From an uncultured Verrucomicrobiae bacterium (lineage in GTDB: Bacteria > Verrucomicrobiota > Verrucomicrobiia > Opitutales > JABDGR01): a stretch of DNA of 64,000 nucleotides. The stretch covers positions 320,001 through 384,000 of the forward strand of contig CAVXVB010000008.1 in NCBI GenBank assembly GCA_963765205.1, read 5' to 3'. Of this stretch, positions 15,030 to 25,143 are shown piece after piece (position 1 is the first letter of the stretch; every line of letters starts with the position of its first letter). The notes under the pieces are model-generated. The model was not told the DNA's origin, did no database searches, and saw nothing but the letters and a program-made list of their open reading frames with translations. A program made the position numbers and the translations under genes.

Positions 15030-15633
15030 ACGGATTGGGTACGGCCCGGCCAAACAAAGATGATTTAACATCCACATAAGGCTGTTTGCCTGCCATTCCC
15101 CAAAATACCTCAAAAGGAAGGCTGCATTGCAGTCTGCGTTGCACTTTTGAATCAATCTTGGGATTCAAGACCATGCGGGCGTCAGAGAATGGCCGCTGCG
15201 ATTTACGAACCCGGGCCAATTCCCGCACCTCAGAATAATGCAGGCTTCGGTCTTTGATTATCTCATCAAGTTCTTGCAAGGCTTCCGCTGTAATTGGAGC
15301 GAACAAACTTCTCCATTGTGCCACTGTCACCTTGACCGCCTCAGTGGCAATGAAGTTTTTGAAAGGGCCGGTTTGTTCCCAAAACCCGACGATAAGAAGG
15401 AAATCCTCATCCAGAGCGAATTGGCGCAAAGCGTCACCAAAACCGATCGGTGATCGGTTTTTACAAGTTTTAATGGAAACGGGCAATGCCCTCATGGTGC
15501 CTGGAACGGCTTGACTGGCGTTGAATTCCGACGGAACATCCCATTTTGCCGTATAACCTTCAGGAAACGGCGCGAAAAAGCTCTTGATCACCCATTGCTG
15601 GAAATCAAAGCCGTGTCTTTGTACTTCAACCAT
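14998..15633 (-). CDS. Putative type II restriction endonuclease
   Basis: Convergent with and overlapping the MTase; KWD...SIK resembles a PD-(D/E)xK core; start MVEVQRHG inferred. Confidence 0.55.
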   Translation of the reverse strand: MVEVQRHGFDFQQWVIKSFFAPFPEGYTAKWDVPSEFNASQAVPGTMRALPVSIKTCKNRSPIGFGDALRQFALDEDFLLIVGFWEQTGPFKNFIATEAVKVTVAQWRSLFAPITAEALQELDEIIKDRSLHYSEVRELARVRKSQRPFSDARMVLNPKIDSKVQRRLQCSLPFEVFWGMAGKQPYVDVKSSLFGRAVPNPFSSQPRTFQQ

Positions 15634-15832
15634 GCGAGCTAAAAACAAACATTTACGCCAAGGTGGGCCAAGAAAAGGCGCCGGGCGCAAGCCTAAAGGT
15701 AGCGATCGCAGGAAAACGTTATCGGTTCGCATTGATCCTCAAATACTTAAGATACTTATCCAGACCGCACGCAACCAAGAAAAAAGCATGGGGGCAGTAA
15801 TTGACGAGGCCATTAATCATTTGCATGGTTAA
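15632..15832 (+). CDS. Small RHH DNA-binding protein with GGxRxGAGRKP motif
   Basis: GGPRKGAGRKPK followed by TLSVRIDP...SMGAVIDEAI. Confidence 0.6.
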   Translation: MRAKNKHLRQGGPRKGAGRKPKGSDRRKTLSVRIDPQILKILIQTARNQEKSMGAVIDEAINHLHG

Positions 15833-16149
15833 GTTTGCAAATCCGCGAGGAGCGACTTGGCGCCGGGGTGGCGTTTCGCCTTGCGCAAGTCTTCGCGCAG
15901 CGCCTCGCGCGAGGCGCGGTTGGGCGTCCGTTCCGCGTAACGCGCCTCGATTTCTGCCAGTGTGGCATTGGTCAAATCGAGATGCGAGCGCAGGGTGACC
16001 GGAAAGGGCAACTCTTTGCGCAGCACCACTTGCACATAAAAAAGGTTGATTGCCTGCCCGGCGGACAGGCCGAGCTTGGAAAACACCGCCTCGGCGGCGC
16101 GTTTGCGCCGCGGTTCCACCCGGGCGCGCAGAATCGTGGTCGTATTTAT
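15829..16149 (-). pseudogene. RelB/DinJ-family antitoxin, orphan, start codon apparently ATA
   Basis: ILRARVEP..K..AEAVFSKLGLS...AINLFY..V....LPF; no adjacent toxin gene. Confidence 0.7.
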
Positions 16150-16267
16150 GGCACAATTGTGCTTTGTTTGTGTCCGCCAGGCAAGCTCGTTTCCGGCGGA
16201 GCGGCGCAACACTCTGTCTTTGCCTCGAGGCCGTGCTTGTGCTCATAATGCCCGATTTCCTCCCCCC

Positions 16268-16633
16268 ATGAATCTCCCTTATAAAACCGCCGCCTTTTGG
16301 CAAACCGCCGGGTTGCTCGTGTGTTCGAATGTCTTCATGACGTTCGCGTGGTATGGGCACCTGAAACACCTGACCACCAAGCCGTGGGTCGTCGCCGCGC
16401 TCATCAGTTGGGGCATCGCGTTCTTTGAGTATATGCTCCAAGTGCCGGCCAACCGCATTGGCCACGCGGGCGGCCTCTCGCTGGGGCAGCTTAAAATTTT
16501 GCAGGAGATCATCACGCTGTCGGTCTTCGTGCCGTTTGCGATGCTGTATATGCACCAGCCTTTCAAGCTCGACTACCTGTGGGCGGGCTTGTGCCTGGTG
16601 GGGGCGGCGTATTTCATCTTCCGCAGCGCGTGA
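16268..16633 (+). CDS. DMT-family small membrane protein
   Basis: SNVFMTFAWYGHLK, SWGIAFFEY.LQVPANRIG, QLKILQE. Confidence 0.88.
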   Translation: MNLPYKTAAFWQTAGLLVCSNVFMTFAWYGHLKHLTTKPWVVAALISWGIAFFEYMLQVPANRIGHAGGLSLGQLKILQEIITLSVFVPFAMLYMHQPFKLDYLWAGLCLVGAAYFIFRSA

Positions 16634-16642
16634 GCGCCGCGG

Positions 16643-16796
16643 AATGGAAGATGGCCGGTGGAAAATGGAAAAAATCATTCGCCAGGCGGGGACTGATTTG
16701 TTTTACTTACCCCTCCCCCACCCCGCCGTGCAGGCTTGAGGCTGTTTGCTGTGCGGTTCCTGCGTTTTTTCCATCTTCCATTTTCCATCTTCCATT
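16643..16796. repeat. Inverted pair of heptamer arrays (AATGGAA / TTCCATY) with no ORF between
   Basis: 16643-16670 and 16769-16796; the second ends 2 nt before the Nudix ATG. Confidence 0.8.
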
Positions 16797-16798
16797 TC

Positions 16799-17485
16799 AT
16801 GAGTGAGCTTTTCGATGTCGTGGACGAACACGACCGCGTGCTGCGCCGCGAGACGCGCGCGGAAGTCCACCGCCAGCGCCTGCTGCACCGCGCCGTGCAC
16901 ATCCTCGTGTTCAATGCGCGCGGCGAAGTTTACCTCCAGCGGCGCTCCGCACAGAAGGACACCTACCCGCACCGATGGACGACCTCGTGCTCCGGCCATG
17001 TGGACGCGGGCGAGGACTACGATACGGCGGCAGTGCGCGAACTGGCGGAGGAACTGGGGTTGGCGGGGGCGAAGGTGAAGAAGGCGACTAAAGGGACTAA
17101 GGCACTGAGGCACAAAGGCACAGAGGAAAGGCCGGGAAAAGACAGAGCGCCAAAAAACCAGGCGCATTCTTCCCAATCTGCAACTTGCAACTTGCAACTT
17201 GCCGCCAACAACCTGCAACCTGCAACCCAACTCGAAACCCGAAACTCGAAACCCGAAACTATCGTCCCATTTGTAAAACACCCCCCCTGCCGCGAGACCG
17301 GCTGGGAATTTATCTGGATTTACACCCTGACCACCAACGCGGCGCCCGCGCCCGACCCGGGGGAGATTTCCGAAGGACGCTGGATCTCACCCGACGAACT
17401 CGACGCGTGGATGAGCCGCGAGCCAAAGGCCTTCACGCCGTCCTTTATACTGGTGTGGAAATTGTGGCGGGAGGCGCAGGAGTGA
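16799..17485 (+). CDS. Nudix hydrolase (IPP-isomerase-like) with repeat-derived in-frame insertion
   Basis: [29 protein letters not shown]; insertion at about 17065-17260. Confidence 0.88.
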   Translation: MSELFDVVDEHDRVLRRETRAEVHRQRLLHRAVHILVFNARGEVYLQRRSAQKDTYPHRWTTSCSGHVDAGEDYDTAAVRELAEELGLAGAKVKKATKGTKALRHKGTEERPGKDRAPKNQAHSSQSATCNLQLAANNLQPATQLETRNSKPETIVPFVKHPPCRETGWEFIWIYTLTTNAAPAPDPGEISEGRWISPDELDAWMSREPKAFTPSFILVWKLWREAQE

Positions 17486-17573
17486 GCCGAGTCCGCGCCG
17501 CCTCCACTTTTGCTTGCGAAATTCATCGGCGGCGTTTATCGTGCAGGGTTGAACCACTAAATCTCCTATCACC

Positions 17574-18317
17574 ATGGCACTTTTTCGCACTTCCAACCCG
17601 GCCCTGCGGGGCAACACGTTTGCCCGCACTGATGCCTATGGGCCGACGATGACCCTTAACGGTACGATCAACAAGACCGGCATTCTCCTGCTGCTCTGCG
17701 TCGCCACGGCGACCTGGACCTGGCACGTCGCGGCCACGAAGAGTCCCGCGGCGGCGGGGCCGTGGATGATCGGCGGCCTCACTGGCGGCTTCATCATTTC
17801 GATGGTGGGCATTTTTGCCCGGCAGACCACGCCGGTGACCGCGCCGATTTACGCCCTGTTCGAAGGCCTGGCCCTCGGCGGCATTTCGAGCCTGATCAAT
17901 CAAAGTTACCCGGGCATCGCCATCCAGGCGGTCTCCGGCACGTTTGCGGCGTTGTTTATCATGCTGGCGCTGTATCGGACCGGCGTGGTGCGCGCGACGC
18001 CCGCCTTTGTGCGCGGCATCATCATCGCCACCGGCGCGATTTGCCTTGTTTACGTCGTGAACATGCTGCTGGGCTTCTTCGGCCACAGCATCCCAATGGT
18101 CAATGGCGGCGGCGCGATGGGCATCGGGTTCAGCATTTTCGTCGTCATCCTGGCCACGCTCAACCTGGTGCTCGACTTTGCGATGATCGAGCAGGGCGCG
18201 CAGCAAGGCGCCCCGAAATACATGGAATGGTATGGCGCTTTCAGCATCATGATCACGCTCGTGTGGCTGTATATGGAATTGCTGCGCCTCCTCGCCAAGG
18301 GCCGCAACAACCGTTAA
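17574..18317 (+). CDS. Bax inhibitor-1/YccA family membrane protein
   Basis: RTSNP, MTLNGTINKT, YALFEG, GAPKYMEWY.AF...TLVWLY.ELLRLL. Confidence 0.88.
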   Translation: MALFRTSNPALRGNTFARTDAYGPTMTLNGTINKTGILLLLCVATATWTWHVAATKSPAAAGPWMIGGLTGGFIISMVGIFARQTTPVTAPIYALFEGLALGGISSLINQSYPGIAIQAVSGTFAALFIMLALYRTGVVRATPAFVRGIIIATGAICLVYVVNMLLGFFGHSIPMVNGGGAMGIGFSIFVVILATLNLVLDFAMIEQGAQQGAPKYMEWYGAFSIMITLVWLYMELLRLLAKGRNNR

Positions 18318-20513
18318 TATAGCCCGGCCTTGGCGCGGAACTGGTCGAAACTTTCGGGGTCGAGTTCCTCGATAAACCGGCTCGGTTCGAGGACGGCGGG
18401 CGGGCCGCCCTGGCTGACGATGCGCGGGTAGAGTACATACAGTTCGTCCCGCGCGCGCGTGGCCGCGACGTAGAAGAGGCGGCGCTCCTCCTCAACGTCG
18501 CCGGAATCAATGGCGCGCTTGAGCGGCAGCAGGCCGTCGGCTGCGCCGATAATGAAGACGACGGGGAACTCCAGCCCCTTGGCCTGGTGGATGGTGGTGA
18601 GGCGCACGGTGTCGGCGTCCGGCTCGACGGCGCGGTCGCTTGTTTCGGAATTGAGGAGCACCAGTTGCGCGAGCAATTCGTTCATGTCCGCGAAGCGGGA
18701 GGCGAAGCCGATGATGCTGTCGAGGTCTTCCCGGCGCGACTCCCAGTTGTCGTAGATGTTGCGGAGGTAATCGCCATACCAACCTTCGATGGCGAGGCGG
18801 ACGACATCGGCGGGCGAGGGGGCGGAGCCGGAAGTGTGGAGTGTGGAGTGTGGAGTGCGAAGTGGAGGACTGGAACCGTTTTTAATTTCGACATCAAACA
18901 ACGCTCCTTGCGTTCCGGGCATTCCTTCTTCATTGGGCGTTGGATGTTGAGTGTTGGATGTTGGATGTTGTCCGGGATGAAGTTGCGCCACGCCCAACTG
19001 GGCGAGGGTTTCCTCGAGATTTTGGAGGGTCAGCGCGAGGTCCTTGAAGTCGGCGCGGGCCTCGGCGGGGAGTTTCGCGGCCACGGATTCCGCCGTCAGC
19101 GCGCCAATCAAAGTTTTGCCCTGCGCGCGTGCGGTTTGCTGGGCGGCGGCCAGCGCGCTCTCCGCCTTGCGCGGGCCGACCTTGGGCAGCAGCGACGCGA
19201 GGCGGATGAAGGCCACGGTGTCGCGCGGGTTGTGCGCGAAGCGCAGGTGCGCGGTCAGGTCGCGCACATGCGCCTGCTCAAAGAACCGCACGCCGCTGGT
19301 GATGGTGAAGGGCACGCCGGCGCGCGACAGCTCGATTTGCATATCCATCGCCTGGTAATGCGCGCGGTAGAGCACGGCGATGTCGCGCAGCGCGACGCCG
19401 TCCTGGTCGTGCAATTCGCGCAGGCGCGCGATGACGAAGGCGGCCTGCTGCCGGGTGTCGAGCGCGGCGATGACGACGGGCCGGCGCCCCATTTTGCGCA
19501 CCGGGCGCAGGTGCTTGTGGAAGCCCTCGGCGACGTGTTGATGATCAAGGATGCCGTTGGCGAAGCACAGCACCTCGGGCGTGCTGCGGTAATTGATTTC
19601 GATTTTGAAAATCCGCGCGCCGGGGTGCCGCTCGGGGAAGCGGCGGATGTTGTCGAAGTTCGCGCCACGCCAGGTGTAGATGCACTGCGCGTCGTCGCCC
19701 ACGGCCATGAGCTGGTGCTCGGCGGCCAGGAGGTCCACGATTTCCGACTGCAATTTGTTGGTGTCCTGGTATTCGTCCACGAGGATGTGGCGGAACTGCC
19801 TCTGATAATGGGCGCGGGCGGCCTCGTCGCGTTGCAAAACCTGGAGCCAGTATTCGAGGAGGTCGTCATAATCGGCTACGTGCTTCTCGCGCTTGGCCTG
19901 CTGGTAGGCGGCGGCAAATTTATGCAGCGGGCCGGAAATTTCCTCGAGCCACGGGTATTTTTCGGCAATGACCTCGCCGAGGGTCTGGCGGGTGTTGCGC
20001 GCGTAGCTGATGACCTCGGCGACCACGCGGGGCTTGGGATGCTCCTTGTGTTTGGTGAAGGCCGGGTCCACGGCGCGGATCACGTCGCCAAATAGCGCGT
20101 CGGCGTCGCCCTCGTCGAGGATGGTGAAGTTCGGCGGGAGGCCGGCGGCCTCGCCGTGGCGGCGGAGCACACGCTGGCCCACGCTGTGGAAGGTGCCGCC
20201 CCAAAAGCGCGCGCGGGGCACGCCGGTCAGGGTCCTCGACGCGGCCGAGCATCTCGCGCGCGGCTTTGTTGGTGAAGGTCAGGAGCAAAATCTGCCACGG
20301 CTGCGCGCCTTGTTCGAGGAGCCAGGCCACGCGGTAGGTCAGTGTGCGCGTCTTGCCGGAGCCGGCGCCGGCGAGCACCAACGCGGGGCCGGGCGGGGCG
20401 GTGACGGCGGCCAGTTGGTCCTCGTTCAGGGCCGCAGCATAATCAATCGGCGCGAAGGCCCCCGGCGCCAGTCGCGCCAGCATGCTCTCGTTGCTTTCGA
20501 TTTCGCCAGCCAT
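18314..20513 (-). CDS. UvrD/PcrA-family ATP-dependent helicase (1-nt frameshift near 20231)
   Basis: [18 protein letters not shown] in 19920..20513; [36 protein letters not shown] in 18314..20221. Confidence 0.92.
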
Positions 20514-20574
20514 GGCCCTACCGTATCGCGCCCGGCCACCCCCGGCTAGAAAAAAGCCGCGTTGAATTTTTTTC

Positions 20575-20609
20575 TTCTTAATTCTTCAATCTTAATTCTT
20601 AATTCGGCC
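20575..20609 (+). repeat. Heptamer array (TTCTTAA) abutting the ppk2 ATG
   Basis: ttcttaa ttcttca atcttaa ttcttaa ttcggcc ATG. Confidence 0.75.
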
Positions 20610-21626
20610 ATGCCCTTTGACCCCGCCGACCTGCGCGTCGCCCCCGGCGCGCATGACCCCCTCCGCCACCACCGCCCCGAGGCCAGCCTCGGCTTGGGCG
20701 ACAAGGACGCCGCCGTCGAGGCCCTCGCCGAACTGCTGCCCGAATTGCGCAGCCTGCACGACCGCCTCAACGCGCAGCGCACCTGGTCCTTCCTCATCAT
20801 CCTGCAGGCGATGGACGCGGCGGGCAAGGACGGCATCATCAAGCACGTACTGACCGGCTTCAACCAGCAGTCGTGCCATGTGACGAGTTTTTCCGCGCCC
20901 GTCGGGGCGGAACTGACGCACACGTTTTTGTGGCGCTGCGTGGCGGCGCTGCCGGCGCGCGGGCACATCGGCGTCTTCAACCGCTCGTATTACGAGGAAG
21001 TGCTCGTGCCCCGCGTGCGGACGGAATACCTCGTCTATCAGGGTCTGCCCCCGCCCTGCCTGCGCGGCGACATCACGGATTTGGGGCAGGGAGGGAAAAG
21101 AATGGAAGAGGGAAAATGGAAAATGGAAAAAACCGGAACGCAAAATAGTTTTGCCGAGTTCGAGGCTAAACTCGCCGCGCGCAACACGAAACCGCCTTCG
21201 CTCCCACCGCCGGCTTTCTGGCAAGCGCGACTGGACGACATCAACACCTTCGAACGCCACCTGGCGCGCAACGGCACCCGCATCGTCAAATTCTTCCTGC
21301 ACCTTTCGCGGGAGGAGCAAAAACGGCGCTTTTTCACCCGCATCGAAGACACCGCGCGCAACTGGAAATTCACCCCCTCGGACGTGCGCGACCGCCGCTA
21401 CTGGGACAAATACCACCACGCCTATTCTGAAATCCTGACGACGACCAGCACGCCGTGGGCACCGTGGTATGTCATCCCGGCCGATTACAAATATGTGGCG
21501 CGCCTGGCCGTGGCGAAAGTTCTCGTCCGCGAACTCAGCGAGCTGCACCCGCACTATCCGCGCTTGGACAAAGCCGGCCGCAAAGCCCTCATCAAAGCGA
21601 GGAAAGAATTGGAAAAGGAAGGTTGA
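20610..21626 (+). CDS. ppk2: Polyphosphate kinase 2 family protein with in-frame insertion
   Basis: QAMDAAGKDG, FNRSYYEEVL, KFFLHLS, PWYVIPAD. Confidence 0.9.
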   Translation: MPFDPADLRVAPGAHDPLRHHRPEASLGLGDKDAAVEALAELLPELRSLHDRLNAQRTWSFLIILQAMDAAGKDGIIKHVLTGFNQQSCHVTSFSAPVGAELTHTFLWRCVAALPARGHIGVFNRSYYEEVLVPRVRTEYLVYQGLPPPCLRGDITDLGQGGKRMEEGKWKMEKTGTQNSFAEFEAKLAARNTKPPSLPPPAFWQARLDDINTFERHLARNGTRIVKFFLHLSREEQKRRFFTRIEDTARNWKFTPSDVRDRRYWDKYHHAYSEILTTTSTPWAPWYVIPADYKYVARLAVAKVLVRELSELHPHYPRLDKAGRKALIKARKELEKEG

Positions 21627-21703
21627 ACAAAAGCCTTGGCCGGAGCCAAGGAATTTGTCATTGTCTCTTGCTTAGGCGCGGCCGAGGGCGTCCGCAGGAC
21701 CAC

Positions 21704-21793
21704 GGAGAGGTGACAGAGTGGCCGAATGTGCCTGACTCGAAATCAGGTGTGGGCGAAAGTCCACCGGGGGTTCGAATCCCTCCCTCTCCGCCA
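21704..21793 (+). tRNA. tRNA-Ser(CGA)
   Basis: GGAGAGG...CCTCTCC-G-CCA acceptor, anticodon arm CCTGA-CTCGAAA-TCAGG, long variable arm, TTCGAAT T-loop. Confidence 0.96.
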
Positions 21794-22235
21794 TTGATAG
21801 TAAATGACTTACATAATTTTCACGGCATAGATTTTGTGCCAGTTCAAAACCTGCTTATGGCGTTTCTTATGTTGAAAGGTCTTTCCGGTGCGGGAGTTCG
21901 CCGGATGCCTCAAAAGCCCCGCCGGGATAGGTTCTTTCCCGGCCTCCCCCCGTTTGCAGGTGGTCAAAACAGGCCGGTATCTCTCCGCGCGAAGAGACTT
22001 TACAAATAGATTTACACTTTCCGCACACTTTAGGGAGTCTCCTATGCTTGGCCCTTGGGCGCGGGTGCTGGCACTTGCGGACTTTCCTAGTGACCGGGCA
22101 AAATCGGGGCAGGCCCGATATTTCCCTGTTCCCACTGGCACCGACGCTTGGGAACCCTCTTTTCGGGCCACCCTCCGGGCGGGCGGGCGGAGTTGCGGAC
22201 TTCCCCCGGACGAGGTCAAAAACCGTTTCGGGCGG

Positions 22236-22529
22236 TTACTGGGGTTTGCTGCCACTGCGGATCAACTTTTTCGGCCTGCCGCTGCGCAGGTTCGCCTGCT
22301 TCAAAGGCGTGCCGCTTGGAGGTGCATCCAACAGGCTCCCCATTGACACCCCCAGCGCCCGCGCAATCGTTTCGACTGTCCCTAAATATAGTTCGCCCCA
22401 TTTCCCCGATTCAATTTTTTGGTAGTGTTTGTAACCCAGCCCGGCCCGCTCCGCCACGGCTTCCTGACTCAATCCTTTGGCAAGGCGCAGCCGCTTGGCG
22501 TTCACTCGCAAATTGGCGTGGGCCTTCAT
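22236..22529 (-). CDS. XRE-family HTH regulator
   Basis: KRLRLAKGLSQEAVAERAGLGYKHYQKIESG...IARALGV. Confidence 0.85.
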   Translation of the reverse strand: MKAHANLRVNAKRLRLAKGLSQEAVAERAGLGYKHYQKIESGKWGELYLGTVETIARALGVSMGSLLDAPPSGTPLKQANLRSGRPKKLIRSGSKPQ

Positions 22530-22964
22530 GCCCGATTTTCGCCGTATAATCCGATTCTTGACACCCCATAGGACTGCCAGTATTTCCAAGGGCTATGAGA
22601 AGCTCCCTACTTGTCTTAGCGGGCCTTGTGGCTTTTACTGGGTTCGCCTCCGCACAGGTTACTCCGCTATCGGTAGCGGGTGACGATATAATTTTCAACA
22701 GTGTCAATTCTGACGTAGCTGACAACGGGCCGTCAATCATCCCAAGTTTCATTCTCACCGGCAACGCATATATCACGGCGATTGCCGATTACCACTTTAA
22801 CGGTGGCCCCGGAGCAACTCCCGGAACCATCGGCCTCTACTCTGATTCAACTTCGACTCTTATCGGCACTTGGAACGCAATCGGCACCTGGCCGACTGAT
22901 GCTGGTCACGTTAACCAATGGTGGTTAGCTTCTCCCGACGTTGAACTTCTGGCGGGCAACTATA

Positions 22965-24177
22965 GGGCGCCTCTATTAACCCCCAAGCCGCTTGACATTG
23001 ATAAGACAAGGTGACAGAACGTGACATGCACTACCGAAAATCCGAGTCGCAAGGAGGTTTGTTCGATTATCACCAGCATTGCGCCGGGTTGGCGGCGCGG
23101 GGCACGAGTCTGGACCGGCTGAAGGCGGCGGTGGACTGGGAAGCCTTCCGCGCCCCACTCGAGCGCCACCTGGCCTATGAGGACGGGGCCAAAGGCGGGC
23201 GTCCGGCGTGGGATCCGGTGCTGATGTTCCAGGTGCTGGTGCTGCAAAAGTTCCACGGGCTGAGCGACGCGCAGACCGAGTTTCAAATCCTCGATCGGTT
23301 CAGCTTCCAGCGGTTCATGGGCCTGCGGGCGGGCGACGCCGCGCCGGACGAGAAGACGATCTGGGTGTTCAAGGAGCGCCTCGGCCCGGACGGGGTGCGG
23401 GCGTTGTTCGAGTTGTTCAACGCGCAACTGGCCGCGCGGGGGCTGATCGGCCAGCAGGGCAAGATCGTGGACGCCACGTTTGTCGAGGCCCCGCGCCCGC
23501 GCGCCGCGCGCCAGCCGGAGCATCCCCCCGCCGCGCGGCAGCAGGACGCCGACGCCCGCTGGACCGAGCAAGGCGGCCAGGCGCACTACGGTTACAAAAA
23601 CCACGCCAAGGCCGACGCGCGCAGCAAGCTCGTGGCGGACTACACGGTGACCCCCGCCAACACCCACGACAGCCAAAAACTCGACGAGCTGGCCGCGCCC
23701 GGCGACCGCGTCATTTACGCCGACAGCGCCTACAGCGGCGGGCCCATCGCGAAACAACTCGCGACCAAAAAGCTCGCCGGGCGCATCCTGGAAAAAGCGC
23801 GGCGCGGCCATCCGCTGACCCGCGCGCAGGAAAAACGCAACCGCCGCCAAAGCGCCGTCCGCAGCCGGGTCGAGCACGTCTTCGCCCGGCTGGCCCACTG
23901 GCGGGCAGACTGGTTCCGCCGCAAAGGTTTGGCCCGCGCCCGTTTTGAAATCGGCCTGGCCAACCTGGTTTACAACCTTGACCGCTACGCCTGGCTGCAA
24001 AGTGCCGGTTAGAGCCGGACGAATCGCGCCCCGCTGCCGGTTCAGAGCAAGAAACCCACTCATCATCCCGCCAAACCACCGCGGGCAACTCATGCCGGGC
24101 GCTTCCCTCCCGGATGCCGCTAGAAAATCACGCAAAATTACCCTTGTGTGGCCCAAGCCAAGTTGTTAGAAGTGCCC
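22965..24177 (+). mobile_element. IS5-family insertion sequence (1213 bp)
   Basis: Imperfect terminal IRs GGGCGCCTCTATTAAC / GTTGTTAGAAGTGCCC; TATA duplicated at 22961-22964 and 24178-24181. Confidence 0.92.
23026..24012 (+). CDS. IS5-family DDE transposase
   Basis: GGRPAWD, LSD...E...DRFSFQRF, IVDAT, YGYKNH, YADSAY, RSRVEHVF. Confidence 0.93.
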   Translation: MHYRKSESQGGLFDYHQHCAGLAARGTSLDRLKAAVDWEAFRAPLERHLAYEDGAKGGRPAWDPVLMFQVLVLQKFHGLSDAQTEFQILDRFSFQRFMGLRAGDAAPDEKTIWVFKERLGPDGVRALFELFNAQLAARGLIGQQGKIVDATFVEAPRPRAARQPEHPPAARQQDADARWTEQGGQAHYGYKNHAKADARSKLVADYTVTPANTHDSQKLDELAAPGDRVIYADSAYSGGPIAKQLATKKLAGRILEKARRGHPLTRAQEKRNRRQSAVRSRVEHVFARLAHWRADWFRRKGLARARFEIGLANLVYNLDRYAWLQSAG

Positions 24178-24503
24178 TATAGTATTATTGATTCACAAGT
24201 CAGCACATGGTCATACAGCACAGCAAATTTATTTTCCGCAGAAGAAACCGGCCCCAATTGGGCACCCAACGTGGGCATGGCGCAAGTCGCCGTCGGCACG
24301 GTTCCAGAACCTTCTGCATTTGCGGCAATTCTAGGAATCGCATCCTTGCTGGTTGCGATAGTTCGCCAATACGTTAGACGTGTGATTTTTTAATCATTTC
24401 TGCCTCACACAGGCGAGCAAGACGGTGTGCCGCTGGCCGGGTTTTGTGATTTCTTCGCCAAAAATCGTTCACCTGCATTTTCTTCACCCTGCCATTATCG
24501 GCC

Positions 24504-24632
24504 ATGAAACTCCCTATCATCATCGTGGGTCTTTTCGCGTTTTCGATCCTGACAGCGCAAGTTACAACTTGGACAAATACTGAGGGCAAAACTACGCAAC
24601 CCCCTGAATACCAAGACAAAATCCCCGGATGA
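24504..24632 (+). pseudogene. Truncated secreted protein (signal peptide plus TWTNTEGK)
   Basis: Manual translation MKLPIIIVGLFAFSILTAQVTTWTNTEGKTTQPPEYQDKIPG*. Confidence 0.35.
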
Positions 24633-25143
24633 TGCCGCACGGTCAGCCAAGTGCGGCTCGCATTGCTCGCGGTGGGTTGGGTGCAGTCACCTTTTCCTGA
24701 TTGCCTGATGTTGGGCCTCCCGGAAATCGGCACAATAACCCCAAGATGAGGTTACTGCGCCGGTTTCGGTTCTCCTGTTGCCCGCTGTGTGGGGTGGCTC
24801 CGTTTTTTACCGTGGCGATGCTTTTGGGGGAACCGTGGAACCCTCCACAACCCCTCGCGGTTAAGCGGGCATCGCCCAAGACAATCCTGCCAGTGTCAGG
24901 CAGGCTCTTTCGCCAGCCTGTTTGGGCTGACGACCTCCTAGCCGGGTATTAATCCACTAGGAGCGGTTGCGTGCGTTGCTGCGGTGTTACCCAGGGCCAG
25001 GGCACGCGGAACGATTTCACCTAAGAGTTTGGGGCCGGGGCTTGCATCCCGCCTTGCGCTCAATTGCCGGGTGGCATCGTGAATCGTGGAAGCGGACTGA
25101 ATCAGCCCGCGAAGTAGGCCATGAAAAAAAATGGGGGGCGTCT

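Larger units (their letters stand above)
22595..24393 (+). pseudogene. PEP-CTERM surface protein interrupted by IS5
   Basis: Signal peptide at 22595; removing the IS plus one TATA gives ...AGNY-SIIDSQ...VPEPSAFAAILGIASLLVAIVRQ (193 aa). Confidence 0.9.

Noticed and set aside
20225..20235. Split UvrD helicase
   Set aside because: One extra base in a 3-nt run; both halves are otherwise intact, so this is likely an assembly indel.
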